Assembly: GCF_001194135.2 (NCBI RefSeq)
Contig: NC_068983.1
Coordinates: forward strand, 94,007,417-94,051,416
DNA length: 44,000 bases
Direction: 5' to 3'
DNA from: Octopus bimaculoides
Lineage: Eukaryota
Shown: positions 21,441-32,950 of the stretch, in pieces
Layout: each line of letters opens with the position of its first letter
How positions within the stretch are numbered: the stretch's first letter is position 1
Made by a program: the position numbers and the translations under genes
The notes under the pieces: model-generated
Databases searched by the model: none
The model's input: the letters and a program-made list of their open reading frames with translations, nothing else
Told to the model about the DNA's origin: nothing

Positions 21441-22862
21441 TTATGACTTTACTTTGATTCAACAATTCATTTGTGAACTTGTCTTTATTTATCCCAGTAT
21501 TGGGATATAATGTTAATACAAGTCATATCGATTAATTTCAATTGGTTTCATAATCAAGATTTTCATAAAGGGGTTAAAGAGGTTTGAATCAATCTCATAA
21601 TATTACTCCAATTTTATTGACAACCAGACACCAATATGAAAGACAAAGTTACTCTCTTTTCCACTCTCCTATGGGAATTAAACCCAACACATATATATAT
21701 AGGAAACCAAATACTGTACAGGTATTTTATCCAGCACTCTATTGTTTCTTAAAATATTTTCTGCAATACACATAGAATCTGATCAATAAATTACTAACAT
21801 AAAAATATACAATGTTTAACAAATAAAAGTAAGAACTTTATTGTACACTTTCTAGAAATCACACAACAATGTTGAAATTGTTCCAAATAATACAGAAACT
21901 GAACATATTTAACTCATCTGCAATAAGAAATAAAATTACTCAATTCTATGTATTTCATTTATTGATATAAAATCTTGTGCAATATAGGCACCTGATAAAC
22001 ATGATAAGTTTTGAACTTTAAAAGAATGTAATATGGCATTTTAGTTCCACCTCTTTCTGAATAAACAATTAAATTAGAATCACCTTATTCTCCTTCAGAA
22101 TAGAGCAATTTTTCCAATTGTATCCTGCTAGCTGATAGTGTGTTTTATTTTAAAATATCCTATTAGTCTTTGTTATGAAATTTATTCTTGTCTCATAATA
22201 TTGATATTATAACAAAGATTATTTCCATTCAATGTACAAATGTTTGTAGATAACTGATTTTCTTTCATGTTTTGGTACATGTCTTGATAGGTTTTCTCCT
22301 ACAAAAATATCACATTCCACCATTACAATTATTTGAGAAGAAAACTGATTTTAAATGTGTATGTTTGTTTGTTTTGTTTTGTGTTTGTTTCTATTCAAAT
22401 TTGGTCGATTATTATAATGAATTTGCATTACAAAGAAATTAACAGCATTAGAACTGAATCAGTCAAAAGGACTTTTCTGGAAAAGAAACTTTTAGACTGG
22501 GGAAGATCGTTTGTATTCTTAAATTAGTTTCTATTGAATTTTCAATGATGTGAAGAGAAGTGAGTCAAACAATAGTTGGCAGATTTTATTTTTTTTACGT
22601 TTTAATTTCTAATTTTCTATCAAATTTCATTATGGAAGTGAAATCAGATGAAGAATAAGATTAATAGAGCTTCAAAGTTACCTTTATTGATCTGTTAATA
22701 AGGTGAAATACACTGGTCTATTATAAATTTATTGGTGATCAAACACAATAAGATAATTCCACTTAGATTTAAAGAATCAATGTTTCTTAATGTAAGCAGG
22801 AAGATATTTTAGTAAACCAACATTCATATTTACATAAGACCTTTCAGTTGCTTTTCTTCTTT

Positions 22863-22899
<37 letters not shown>

Positions 22900-23085
22900 C
22901 TTTTCTTTTAAATTTCACATGAAAGTTATTAATTTGTCTTCCATGAACGAAAAGGCCTACTGGTCACCTAACATAAATCCTATGACCTAAGACAGTGAGT
23001 TAGTATTATCACTTCCTAGCGTTGTAATTCTTCTCTCAAGTTAGTATGCTATAAATCAAATGAAACATATCCTGAAATCATTAGA

Positions 23086-23570
23086 CTAAACTGACAGCAC
23101 ATAAGAAGGGAAATAATCTTGTTCTAAAGTATTAGGCATAGAAAATGATTGAGGAAAAAATAAATCTCCATTGCTGTTGTTCTTGATTATTCCAGTTTTT
23201 GAAATGCATGTTAGATGTGAACAAATGTTTTTGTTTTGTTCTTGTTTCTTATTTCTTTTCTCATTTGACAAAGCACTGCTGTTAGAGAAGGTAGTCACCT
23301 TCACTACTTCTGCCACCTTTTCTAATTCCAGTTCTCAGATTTCGTGCAAATTTTGTATATTTCTTAACACCACAACATGCTTCAGTATCATGATTAGCTT
23401 GTACTGTCATCTAATTAATGATTTCTGACTCAGATGTTTGTGATATCTGACTGATATTACCAATATCAGTAAACAGACTGACACAGTATTCACACATCTA
23501 TTATCAGATAGTCCTGTCCTGCAAACTAATTGTCTGTTCAAGAAGTTCTGCAATTCAGGCAACATCCTAC
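23086..23570 (-). pseudogene. possible decayed coding segment (coiled-coil-like)
   Basis: IAELLEQTISLQDRTI***MCEYC..., NIQNLHEI*ELELEKVAEVVK..., with several stops and frameshifts. No homolog recognised. Confidence 0.3.
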
Positions 23571-23619
23571 TCAAAGCTAAGCAAATGTCCCATCACATAA
23601 ATACTCCAATTTAACAAAC

Positions 23620-23810
23620 CAGCAGGGAAGTGTCTATGTGCTCATGCAACCTGCTAGAAGTAACAGTCAAATTGCCCTCAAATACTATTCTATCAACTTA
23701 AGAAAAAGGACACATTAAATAATATAGTTCTAGATACATTATGTTTACACCAAAAAAAGAGACAAATATCATAGTTTTTGTAGATCAAGGATGACCTGTG
23801 GCTAAATAAC
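23620..23810 (-). repeat. dispersed repeat family F
   Basis: CCTGCTAGAAGTAACAGTCAAAT...GGACACATT...GACCTGTGGCTAAATAAC. Confidence 0.6.
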
Positions 23811-24129
23811 TGCTACTCAGATTCAGCATTCTATTTGTTTCTTCCTGTTATTTTTTCGTTTATCAATTACACACATTCTCCTATAGCTGAACACTCATAT
23901 TTATATGTAACTCATTTGTGTTTCCTGTTACTGTAGCTTCCTGCTAGCTATAGATAGCCGCAACCAAGTTTCAACAATAGTTTCTAGTTAAATCTATAAT
24001 ATGTTGATTTGATTGATAAATAATTAGTATATGATACTAATTAGTGCATAACATTTGCCTGCCTAGTTTCTATACTTTATCAGCATCGTCTTCCACAGAC
24101 TTGGCTAATTCCTGATCCAGTACTACACC

Positions 24130-24394
24130 TGGGGAAACTTTTAATTTTTTTACCATGTGAAGGAAACTTATTTTTGTTTTTGGTATTAATATAAAATGTT
24201 TCATTTGAAGCTACTGCAAAATGAAGATTTTGCTCTATTTCTCGATACTGAATTTTATTGTTCATTAGCCAAAGATAAATAAGGAAAACAAAAACTTTTG
24301 GATTTATTGTCACCTATTCAATAAAGTCAGCAGCATGAATGAAAGGAGGCCGTGGCCCAGATTTGGACTTCTGGCTGTAGTTTGCTGACCCCTG
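24130..24394 (-). mobile_element. hAT (Charlie/MER58-like) non-autonomous remnant
   Basis: TIR CAGGGGTCAGCAAACTACAGCC...CCAAATCTGGGCC starts at 24394. The downstream frame LMNNKIQYREIEQNLHFAVAS...KNKNKFPSH resembles the Charlie transposase C-terminus ending in PSH. Confidence 0.6.
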
Positions 24395-24924
24395 AAATAA
24401 TCTGCAAGTCACATTAGGCCTTGTTTTATTATTTCATTTTTGTAGATTTTAGTTTAAAAGTGTTAATCTTATGCTGTTAAAATTCAGGCCTTCTAATTCT
24501 ACCTTTGAGCCAACATTAGCTTTCAGTATTGGTTCATTTTACCTTCTGTCTAGTCTTGCAGAATACAGACCATAAAGAGTTTTGTTCATTTTTTCTTGAG
24601 TAATTTTTGTAATTTCCAATTAATTTTATCATTTTTTTTTTTTTACCTTTTCTGTTATTTTATTATTTTCTAAACTTTTCCCTTCAACCTAATTAGATTC
24701 TCATTTGTATTATGTTGTTTTCTAATAAACTGAGAAACATTTCTAACTTTACTTGCTTGAAAGTATTTTTCTTGATATAAAGCAATTACTTCAATATAGT
24801 TCTTTATTTGTATCTTGCCTCTTCCTCCCTGTGTGCATGGTAGTTATATTTTAGCATAAATATCTTCAAGATAACAGATCAGAATGCCATGGGTAATGTT
24901 TTGATAACTGTCCATTGCCATTCT

Positions 24925-25130
24925 TATTTAGCCACAAAGTCAGCCCAGAACAGACTCTCTGGTCAAACAAACTCATAATATCTCAATTGTGACCATCACA
25001 TCCTTTTCTGCTATCTAATGTGTTTTTTTTCTCTTTTTTTTAAAAAAAAAGATGGTAGGGTGTGGATTAAGGAAGATTTAGCTGCAATTTCAATTAGGTT
25101 AGGTGACTTTTCAGAGGACTTCATGCTTAC
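24925..25130 (+). repeat. dispersed repeat family F
   Basis: TTTAGCCACAAAGTCAGCCC...TGTGACCATC...AAGATGGTAGGGTGTGG...TTAGCTGC. Confidence 0.55.
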
Positions 25131-26129
25131 ATGAGCATGTCTGATATTTTGTACATTGAGAAAGGTTTCAAGTTTTATTATCTTTATTATTCATAGTTCT
25201 AAAAATTACTACTACTACTACTACTACCACTGAGGTTGTTATGAGTTATCGCTTTGGTTTTAAATTCCATGTGCCACATCAGATTATATTTGAACATCTT
25301 AGATAATAGCCCTGCATCTAAGTTGGATTAGTTTTCCCACCATCCAATATTGAATATTCTCAGAGCGAGTTTCTATTGCAGATTTTTTTTTTACTTTATT
25401 TTCTGTCTTTTTTTTTAATAAGTTTCTTTATTCGTTCTGCTTCTTCTCTCCAGGATAAGGTCTTCTTTGGCATGTGAATATTTCCCAAAACTATAATTAT
25501 CTGTCATTTTTTTTTAAGTTTGAGGCATTCTCAGATAGCTTACATCATATTTTATTTTACTTCTTTCCTATTTATTTCCTTTTTTCTCCTGTTACTCCAT
25601 GAAAACAGTAGTTTCCATGTCATTCTGCATCCCAAATTCCATTCTCATTCACTCCCTCACTCTCTTCTCTACACAAACACATGCGCACATACAGATATAT
25701 TTTGCAACTTAGATAAGAGATAATTTGACATTTTTGTTTGTCATGTTACATCTTCTATAACTAGAATTCATGTTGATGTTGTTAGTACAACAGCTGCTAC
25801 TGTTCTTGCTACTACTATTACTACTACTTCTACTATTGCTGTTAATGCTGCTGCTACTACTTCTATTACTTGTTGGTAGCGGTGGTCAGTGGCTCCATCT
25901 TTCATGAGTTTTCAACTCAAAAAACTCACTCTTTTACATAAATAAATTAATTAGAAGTCAAGTCAGAATGATGACAAATCAGTTCTAGATAATATTTCAA
26001 AATTAAATTCAAAATTTTATGGATATTCAATCAAGTGAAAGTAATGCTATAAAATCAAATTTTGCTATTATAAAATATTTCTGTCATAAATTTCCACTTA
26101 ATAAATAATAAATTTACATTTTTTATGTC

Positions 26130-26162
26130 ACATATATACACACACACACACACACACATTAC

Positions 26163-26201
<39 letters not shown>

Positions 26202-26278
26202 TATTTCTTTAATATGTATATACACATGCACACATCTATATATTCTATCTATTACATTAATATATGCATATACATATA

Positions 26279-26374
<96 letters not shown>

Positions 26375-26390
26375 TGTGTGTGTGTGTATT
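26130..26390. repeat. compound (CA)n/(TA)n/(TG)n microsatellite
   Basis: Seen directly. Confidence 0.95.
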
Positions 26391-26777
26391 ACATTATATT
26401 ATATTAATAGAAAATTCAATTTATCTGAGAGCTTGTTAATTAGCAAAAAAATCTCATATTATATTAAAGAATATTTATAGATTTTGCAGGAAAAACACAT
26501 TTGTATTCTTTATTAATTATGAAATTATTCATACCTTGAATTTAAATTTAGACTGTTTTCCCTTATTTATTTTTCCTGGTTTTCTTCAGGTTTATATTTA
26601 TTTTTTGTTCATTGAAATAACTCATCTGCAGAAAGTTTTAGCAAATATATACTACAAATTGATTTTCATGCACAGAAAAAACTTCACAAAATATATGCAT
26701 GCCAAGTCAACATACATGACCTAATGGTTTTCTACTGGACTCTTGGAAGACTGTTGGTGATGGTAGTGGTTGCTGCT

Positions 26778-26940
26778 GTTGTTTAACACCAGGTCAGCTC
26801 TGATCAAGCAGTCCTCTGATCCACTGATCAAAGACATTCAAGCCATGACAATCCTGGTTTTTTGTTGTTGTTTTTTTCTATTAATCTGTTACTATATTAT
26901 CTAATATATCTCTTTGAACACTTTCAGGATCATTGTTTTT
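26778..26940 (+). repeat. dispersed repeat family F
   Basis: GTTGTTTAACACCAGGTCAGCTCTGATCAAGCAG...GATCAAAGACATTCAAGCCATGAC. Confidence 0.6.
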
Positions 26941-27035
26941 AATAAAATACACTACCCTGTCTATATATCTCAGTTAATTTTTGGAAAGATGATGATGATG
27001 ATGATGATGATGATATATATATATATATATATATA

Positions 27036-27262
27036 TCTTTTATCTTTTACTTGTTTCAGTCATTAGTTTGTGGCCGTGTGGGGGCACTGCCTTGAAGAAT
27101 TTTTAGTTAAATGTGTTGACCCTCATAGTTACATTTTAAAAACTTGGTACTTATTCTATCAGTCTCTTTTGCTGGACCACTAAGTTACGAGAATGTAAAC
27201 TCACAAACACCAGTTGTCAAGCAGTGGTGGAAACAAACACAGACATAAAGACATACACACAC
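27036..27262 (-). mobile_element. SINE family A, 3' half
   Basis: Colinear with 41-262. Confidence 0.85.
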
Positions 27263-27264
27263 AT

Positions 27265-27447
27265 ATCATCATCATCATCATCATTATCATCATCATCATT
27301 TAACATCCGCTTTCCATGCTGGCATTGATTAGACGGTTTGACTGGAACTGGTAAGCCAGAGGGCTGTATTAGGTTTTTGTCTGATTTGGCATGGTTTCTA
27401 TGGCTGGATACCCTTCTTAGCACTAACCACTCCAAGAGTGTAATGAG
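27265..27447 (-). mobile_element. SINE family B, 3' part with (GAT)n tail
   Basis: TTTAACATCCGCTTTCCATGCTGGC...GGCATGGTTTCTATGGCTGGATACCCTTC; colinear with 265-430. Confidence 0.8.
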
Positions 27448-27482
27448 ACTGAACCTGGAACCATGTGGTTGGGAAGTAAACT
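27448..27482 (-). mobile_element. SINE family A head remnant
   Basis: GACTGAACCTGGAACCATGTGGTTGG is the reverse B-box region of family A. Confidence 0.7.
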
Positions 27483-27585
27483 GATGTTTGGACCATATGT
27501 TACCAAAGGTTCATACATCAAGTCATGATGGAAGGTTCATTTTGAATATGAACACTTTGTATTATAGAACCAAAAGCATTTTCAT

Positions 27586-27626
27586 GTTACTTAAGCCCTT
27601 CACTCCGTGTGAAGGGCTTAAGTAAC
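27586..27626. repeat. perfect 18-bp inverted repeat, 5-nt loop
   Basis: GTTACTTAAGCCCTTCAC-TCCGT-GTGAAGGGCTTAAGTAAC. Confidence 0.97.
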
Positions 27627-27905
27627 TTTTCTCCACTGTTCTTGGCCTAGAACTGTCTTTTCTCTCCCAGGCCTTGCTGGTTATTAATTATCATCAATGC
27701 TTCTGTAATCTTACTTTTTCTCTTGGTAAGGTTGTTGAACCTAAGCAAATTTATTTTCACCTCTGGAAAGAGGTGGTCAATTTTAGTCCTGCCTCTATCC
27801 CTTGACTTGTCTGGCATAAAAGTCCTACCAGAAACTTGTGTTTCACCAGCGCACTGGCATAGCTCACAGGGTCATTGAGATACACAAGACTTCACACCAC
27901 AAGGA
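27627..27905 (-). mobile_element. probable RTE LINE 5' UTR fragment
   Basis: Minus TCAATGACCCTG..AGCTATGCCAG...GGTAGG...TGCCAGACAAGTCAAGGGATAGAG resembles RTE/BovB-type 5' UTRs as I recall them. Confidence 0.5.
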
Positions 27906-29735
27906 CTGTGATGATAGTCTTACATGGATTGGTATCAAAAGGGTGAAGATGATAACATATAATATAAGGGAGGTTTGGCTGTCACTTCTAGCAAGTCAAG
28001 CAATGATATCTTGTCCCCCCTGAGACTAGTGAGGGGATTTGCAATGATAAGAGTTGGATTAGAACAACAAAACTATCGGCATTAACTACAAGTATTCCCT
28101 CAAACAATAAGAGTCAGTTTGTGATCACTTGATCTTGCTAGAAATATTAGGCAACTCTCACTCAACCACAACCTATCATCTTAAAGGATATGCTAAAACT
28201 GTGTTGGATAAGGTAGTAGTAGATAAGCAATGCCTGAAAAACGTTTTGAATGGCCATGAATGGAATGCTTTTGAGTATATATCCAATCAGTGCTGATTTG
28301 GAGTTAAATAAACAACTAATAGTGAATATGTATGTGTAAGGTGTGTATATATACATATGTATTGCAGTGTGTATACTTTATATATAAAAAGAAGGTGGTG
28401 GGGTTCCTAGCTGGAACATATCAGAACACAGGATCAGGATTAATATGCTAAGATCTTTCTTCCATTACATTATTCTCCTTCACTGTCCACTTTACACATA
28501 TGTTTTGTGTTGAGGGTTGGAGATCCCAGTAGCAATGAATGAAAAATGTCAAATAGAGTAGCATCCATACAATCAATTAGTAATACTAATAACAGTAACT
28601 GGATTACATTGAGTCTAGAGTAAATATTCAGCATAAAACAACAGTAAAGAAGAACATAATTCAGTTAATGATAACATTAGAAAGATTCAGTGTACCAGTA
28701 TAAATTCATGCAGCATAGTATAAATACAACAGTATTATTAAATTTCAGAGATGTACTTGTCTGACAAGTGATATGATCTCTGTTGAAACTAAAGCATTAA
28801 CAGCATAGAAGACTGTGTAATAGGCATTAAAAAACAACACACAAAAACTGTTGACTTCACTTAATCATCTGTGACCTTTTCCCTGACACAGTTCCACTAT
28901 TTGGTAATTGTAATATAATAATTATTCCATAGACTGTAGTGTAAAGAATCTTCATTAGAAAATAATGGCCAGGGAATAGACCAGGTCTTTCTAGCATGCA
29001 GTTCAAAATTTTTACATGATAAATAAAAGTTCACTGGTCGAATTCAGTACCTTTAAGAAACAGCACAAAAATTAATATTTGTAATGTAAAAATGAACATC
29101 TTCAAAGATAATATAACTACAGTTTGTAAAACAGTAATAGGAATGGTATTAGCTCAAGAATCACAGCTTGTAAATGTAGCTGGATGAAGTAACTTTGTGT
29201 TAGTGTGTGGGTGCATTTGTGTGCATGTGAGTATATGCATGCATGTGATTTTTTCTTTCTTTGAGAAACAGAAGATCAATTGCTACTGCCACAAGGAGTC
29301 TGATTCTAATTTCTGTCTGGAAATTGCTTCTTTTATACTCTTTTGATGAACACAGTAGGTTCCAGACAAACATTTCAAAGGATGACAAATGCACCAAAAA
29401 ACACTTTCTGATTGACTGAGAATAGCCATGAGATCAGTCATGTGACATGCTTTTGAAAATGTTATTTCAGAGCCATCTGAACATTAAAAGGTGCACCAAA
29501 GCAACTGATTAAGACATTCATACAAACATGCACCTAGTCACATGCACACACATAGATACATAAATACGTATAGGCCTTCACACACACATACACACTGTGA
29601 ATTAGGGTGTGAAAACATACATTGTAAAATGTGACTGTATGTGTGTGTTGGTAAGTTTTTAAAGTTCTGATTAAGTACTTGGATCAATATAATCCACTAA
29701 TCTCCCCTCTAAATTTCTGGATTTATTATTATTAT

Positions 29736-30172
29736 GTCTCTTTATCACCGGTTTTGTTAGAGCTCCTGGAGTCTTACATGCATAGTGGGCTTGCTACCTG
29801 CAGCATACAGTACCATGCTATCCATTCTTTTCAACTATCTAATACTTTCCTGATTATTTTGTAACAGTTCTACTATTTCCTTTATATTCCCCTTGATGCC
29901 TTCTGATACTGTTCCCAAGAACCCGACAATAATTGGCACTATCTTCACCTTCTTCATTTTCCATAGCCAGGCCATTTCGTACTTAAGAGGGTTGTATTCA
30001 TCTATCTTTTCACCTTCCTTCTTGACTATCCGTGAGTCAATGGGGCATGCAACATCAACTATATAGCATCTTGTCCACCACCACTAGGTCCAATCTGTTA
30101 TGCTCTAGCACCTGATCTATTTGGATTGGGAAATCCCAAAGGATTTTGCTAGTCCCCAACTCCACCACTCTC
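29736..30172 (-). mobile_element. 5'-truncated R4/Dong non-LTR element (REL endonuclease, decayed)
   Basis: KILWDFPIQIDQVLEHNRLDLVVVDK / CYIVDVACPIDSRIVKKEGEKIDEYNPLKYEMAWLW..VPIIVGFLGTV ... IIRKVLDS*. Flanked by (ATT)n at 29723-29735 and 30173-30186. Confidence 0.85.
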
Positions 30173-30189
30173 ATTATTATTATTATGGT

Positions 30190-30402
30190 GGCAGTGAGCT
30201 GGCAGAATCATTAGCATGGCAGAGAAAATGTTTAGCAGCATTTCATCTGTCTCTACATTCTGAGTTCAAATTCCACTAAGGTTGACTTTGCCTTTCATCC
30301 TTTTGGAGTCAATAAATTAAGCGCCAGTGAAACACTGGGGTCAATGTAATCAACTAGTCCCCTCCACCAAAATTTCAGGCTTTATGCCTTTAGTAGAAAG
30401 GA
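30190..30402 (+). mobile_element. SINE family C with (ATT)n tail
   Basis: GGCAGTGAGCTGGCAGAATC...GAGTTCAAATTCC...AGTAGAAAGGATTAT. Confidence 0.9.
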
Positions 30403-30422
30403 TTATCATTATTATTATTATT

Positions 30423-30945
30423 GAATGAGAGAGCAATGCATGCCATCAAAGTGACAATGAGGTAAAATATATGAAGCCGAGTATACCCATCATGACCACC
30501 CATCTGATAAGGGTACACCGGCACATGCATCATAACCATATGTGCATGACATGGTGATCTCATATCAAGATAAACAGTGCATAATCTTGCAGGTAGGGCC
30601 CAGTTAGAATTTTCTTCGGGTCAAGTAGTCCATCCTGCTCAAATGGTCCTTGAATAAAGGTTGTTCGAGGATGCTGAACGAAACACTTATGTTTCCAGAG
30701 GTGAATTATTCAAACTCCAAACAATTCCTCTCAATACATGGCTATGATGCTCCCCCACTACTTCTGCTCATGATCAGAGATGCACATATCGCCAGCCACG
30801 AAAGGTGCTCAATTGGTTATGGTCAAACAATAATATTTGCTGTAGCCCATCTTTTATACCAAGACAAGACATGTACATGATAACATTTCCAATCAGTTAA
30901 GATCAGAAGCCATGTGAGCCAGTGCCTGGTACTGCATCAGGGTAC
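30423..30945 (-). mobile_element. ~520-bp non-coding interspersed element bounded by (ATT)n on both sides
   Basis: GC-richer block with no credible ORF and sharp microsatellite boundaries. I recall it as a recurrent octopus repeat; orientation is inferred. Confidence 0.55.
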
Positions 30946-30982
<37 letters not shown>

Positions 30983-31900
30983 GTTCAGTAGTTTTATTTT
31001 TATAACGTGCTTTCACTTCACTACCGAGCGCAGCTCTGTGTGCCTTGGGTATGTGCTGTGGTTTGCTGTGGTGCTCTTATGTTTACTGTATTGAAAGTGT
31101 TTTGCGTAGAATGTGTGCAGTACCCAGTAGTGCAATTTTCTGCATGTTATATATATTTGTAAGTCCTGNNNNNNNNNNNNNNNNNNNNNNNNNNNNNNNN
31201 NNNNNNNNNNNNNNNNNNNNNNNNNNNNNNNNNNNNNNNNNNNNNNNNNNNNNNNNNNNNNNNNNNNNNNNNNNNNNNNNNNNNNNNNNNNNNNNNNNNN
31301 NNNNNNNNNNNNNNNNNNNNNNNNNNNNNNNNNNNNNNNNNNNNNNNNNNNNNNNNNNNNNNNNNNNNNNNNNNNNNNNNNNNNNNNNNNNNNNNNNNNN
31401 NNNNNNNNNNNNNNNNNNNNNNNNNNNNNNNNNNNNNNNNNNNNNNNNNNNNNNNNNNNNNNNNNNNNNNNNNNNNNNNNNNNNNNNNNNNNNNNNNNNN
31501 NNNNNNNNNNNNNNNNNNNNNNNNNNNNNNNNNNNNNNNNNNNNNNNNNNNNNNNNNNNNNNNNNNNNNNNNNNNNNNNNNNNNNNNNNNNNNNNNNNNN
31601 NNNNNNNNNNNNNNNNNNNNNNNNNNNNNNNNNNNNNNNNNNNNNNNNNNNNNNNNNNNNNNNNNNNNNNNNNNNNNNNNNNNNNNNNNNNNNNNNNNNN
31701 CACATATTCTACAGTTACTTGTTATATTTCTTTTCATTATGTGTTTTTGGTAATTTCTGGTGGGGAGGCTCTGGTCTTGTGCAGCAATTAAAAACCCTTC
31801 AGTCTCTACTTTGAGTCCTGAGCTTCTCAGCCATTGCTGGGATTTTTCTCTGTCTATTTCTTTCGCATTTAGTTTAGCCCAGTATTTACCATGTAGGGGC

Positions 31901-31904
<4 letters not shown>
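30983..31904 (-). mobile_element. 5'-truncated R4/Dong non-LTR element, little decayed, spans a gap
   Basis: 31902-31701 open frame KPLHGKYWAKLNAKEIDREKSQQWLRSSGLKVETEGFLIAAQDQSLPTRNYQKHIMKRNITSNCRIC; 31168-31083 GLTNIYNMQKIALLGTAHILRKTLSIQ*. Both are hallmark R4/Dong C-terminal motifs. (ATT)n on both flanks. Confidence 0.9.
31169..31700. other. assembly gap (N run)
   Basis: Ns. Confidence 1.
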
Positions 31905-31948
<44 letters not shown>

Positions 31949-32072
31949 GGCCATGAGCTAGCAGAATTGTTAGCATGCCAGGCAAAATGCTTAGCAGCAT
32001 TTCATCTGACTGCATGATCTGGGTTCAAATTCTGCTGCAGTCAGCTTTGCCTTTCACCCTTCCAGGGTCAAT
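31949..32072 (+). mobile_element. SINE family C, 3'-truncated
   Basis: GGCCATGAGCTAGCAGAATTG...GGGTTCAAATTC...CTTTGCCTTTCA. Confidence 0.8.
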
Positions 32073-32229
32073 GTTGACCAGAAAATGTTGAGAAATGACA
32101 CCATCTGTAGCTCAGCTGAGAACAGAATATAGAGAGAGAGGGAGAGAGCGAGAGAAGGTGGGAGTGAACAAGTAAGAGAGAAAGATACAATGCACATATA
32201 TATGTATACATACACACACATATATGCAC

Positions 32230-32265
<36 letters not shown>

Positions 32266-32519
32266 TCACATATATGTTTATGTATATAATATGCACACTT
32301 ATATAAATGTGTGTGTGTATGTGTGCATCCCTGTGTGTGAGTGTGTGTGTGCGTATAATACACTCACTCATGTATACATGTATGCAGCTCAGGAAGTTTC
32401 TCAAACTTAATGTAATTAATTTTTATCTGTCTGCCCTCCTGTATGTATGCGTGTAGAGAGAGATATATAGGGAGAAACATGTTTCACATATATAAGTATG
32501 TTTATGCAAAAGTTTTATC

Positions 32520-32950
32520 ATTAATTTTCTCTTAATTTCCTCTATAAGGTTGTGACCTATGTGGCTGTATTAAATGGCTTCTTCTCAAATGTACTGTTCT
32601 TCTGTATACTTTTCTTAATCCAAACTGTCTTATTTCAAATCATTGTTAATCCATCTTAAGTATGGTTAAAATTTACTACAATTTTCCAATACTTTTTCGC
32701 ATACCTCCTCTTACTCTCCCTCATAATATACCCATAAAAGGTGAATTCTCTCTTAAGTATATGACACATGATGCTTTTAATTCCTTGTTGTATTCTTAGT
32801 TAAATCTTCTTTTCTTGTATCTCAGTTCACATTTTATTATCCAATGGAATTGTCCCATTCCTGACTAACCTTTACAGATTTTTCTATCTTTATTGTCTAT
32901 GTTGGCATATGACACTAAAACATGGGATTAAAATATGTTTTATATTTTGG
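32520..32950 (-). mobile_element. ancient RTE-like LINE 3' remnant
   Basis: LRIQQGIKSIMCHILKREFTFYGYIMR resembles the I...I..RRL.W.GH..R motif. Confidence 0.45.
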
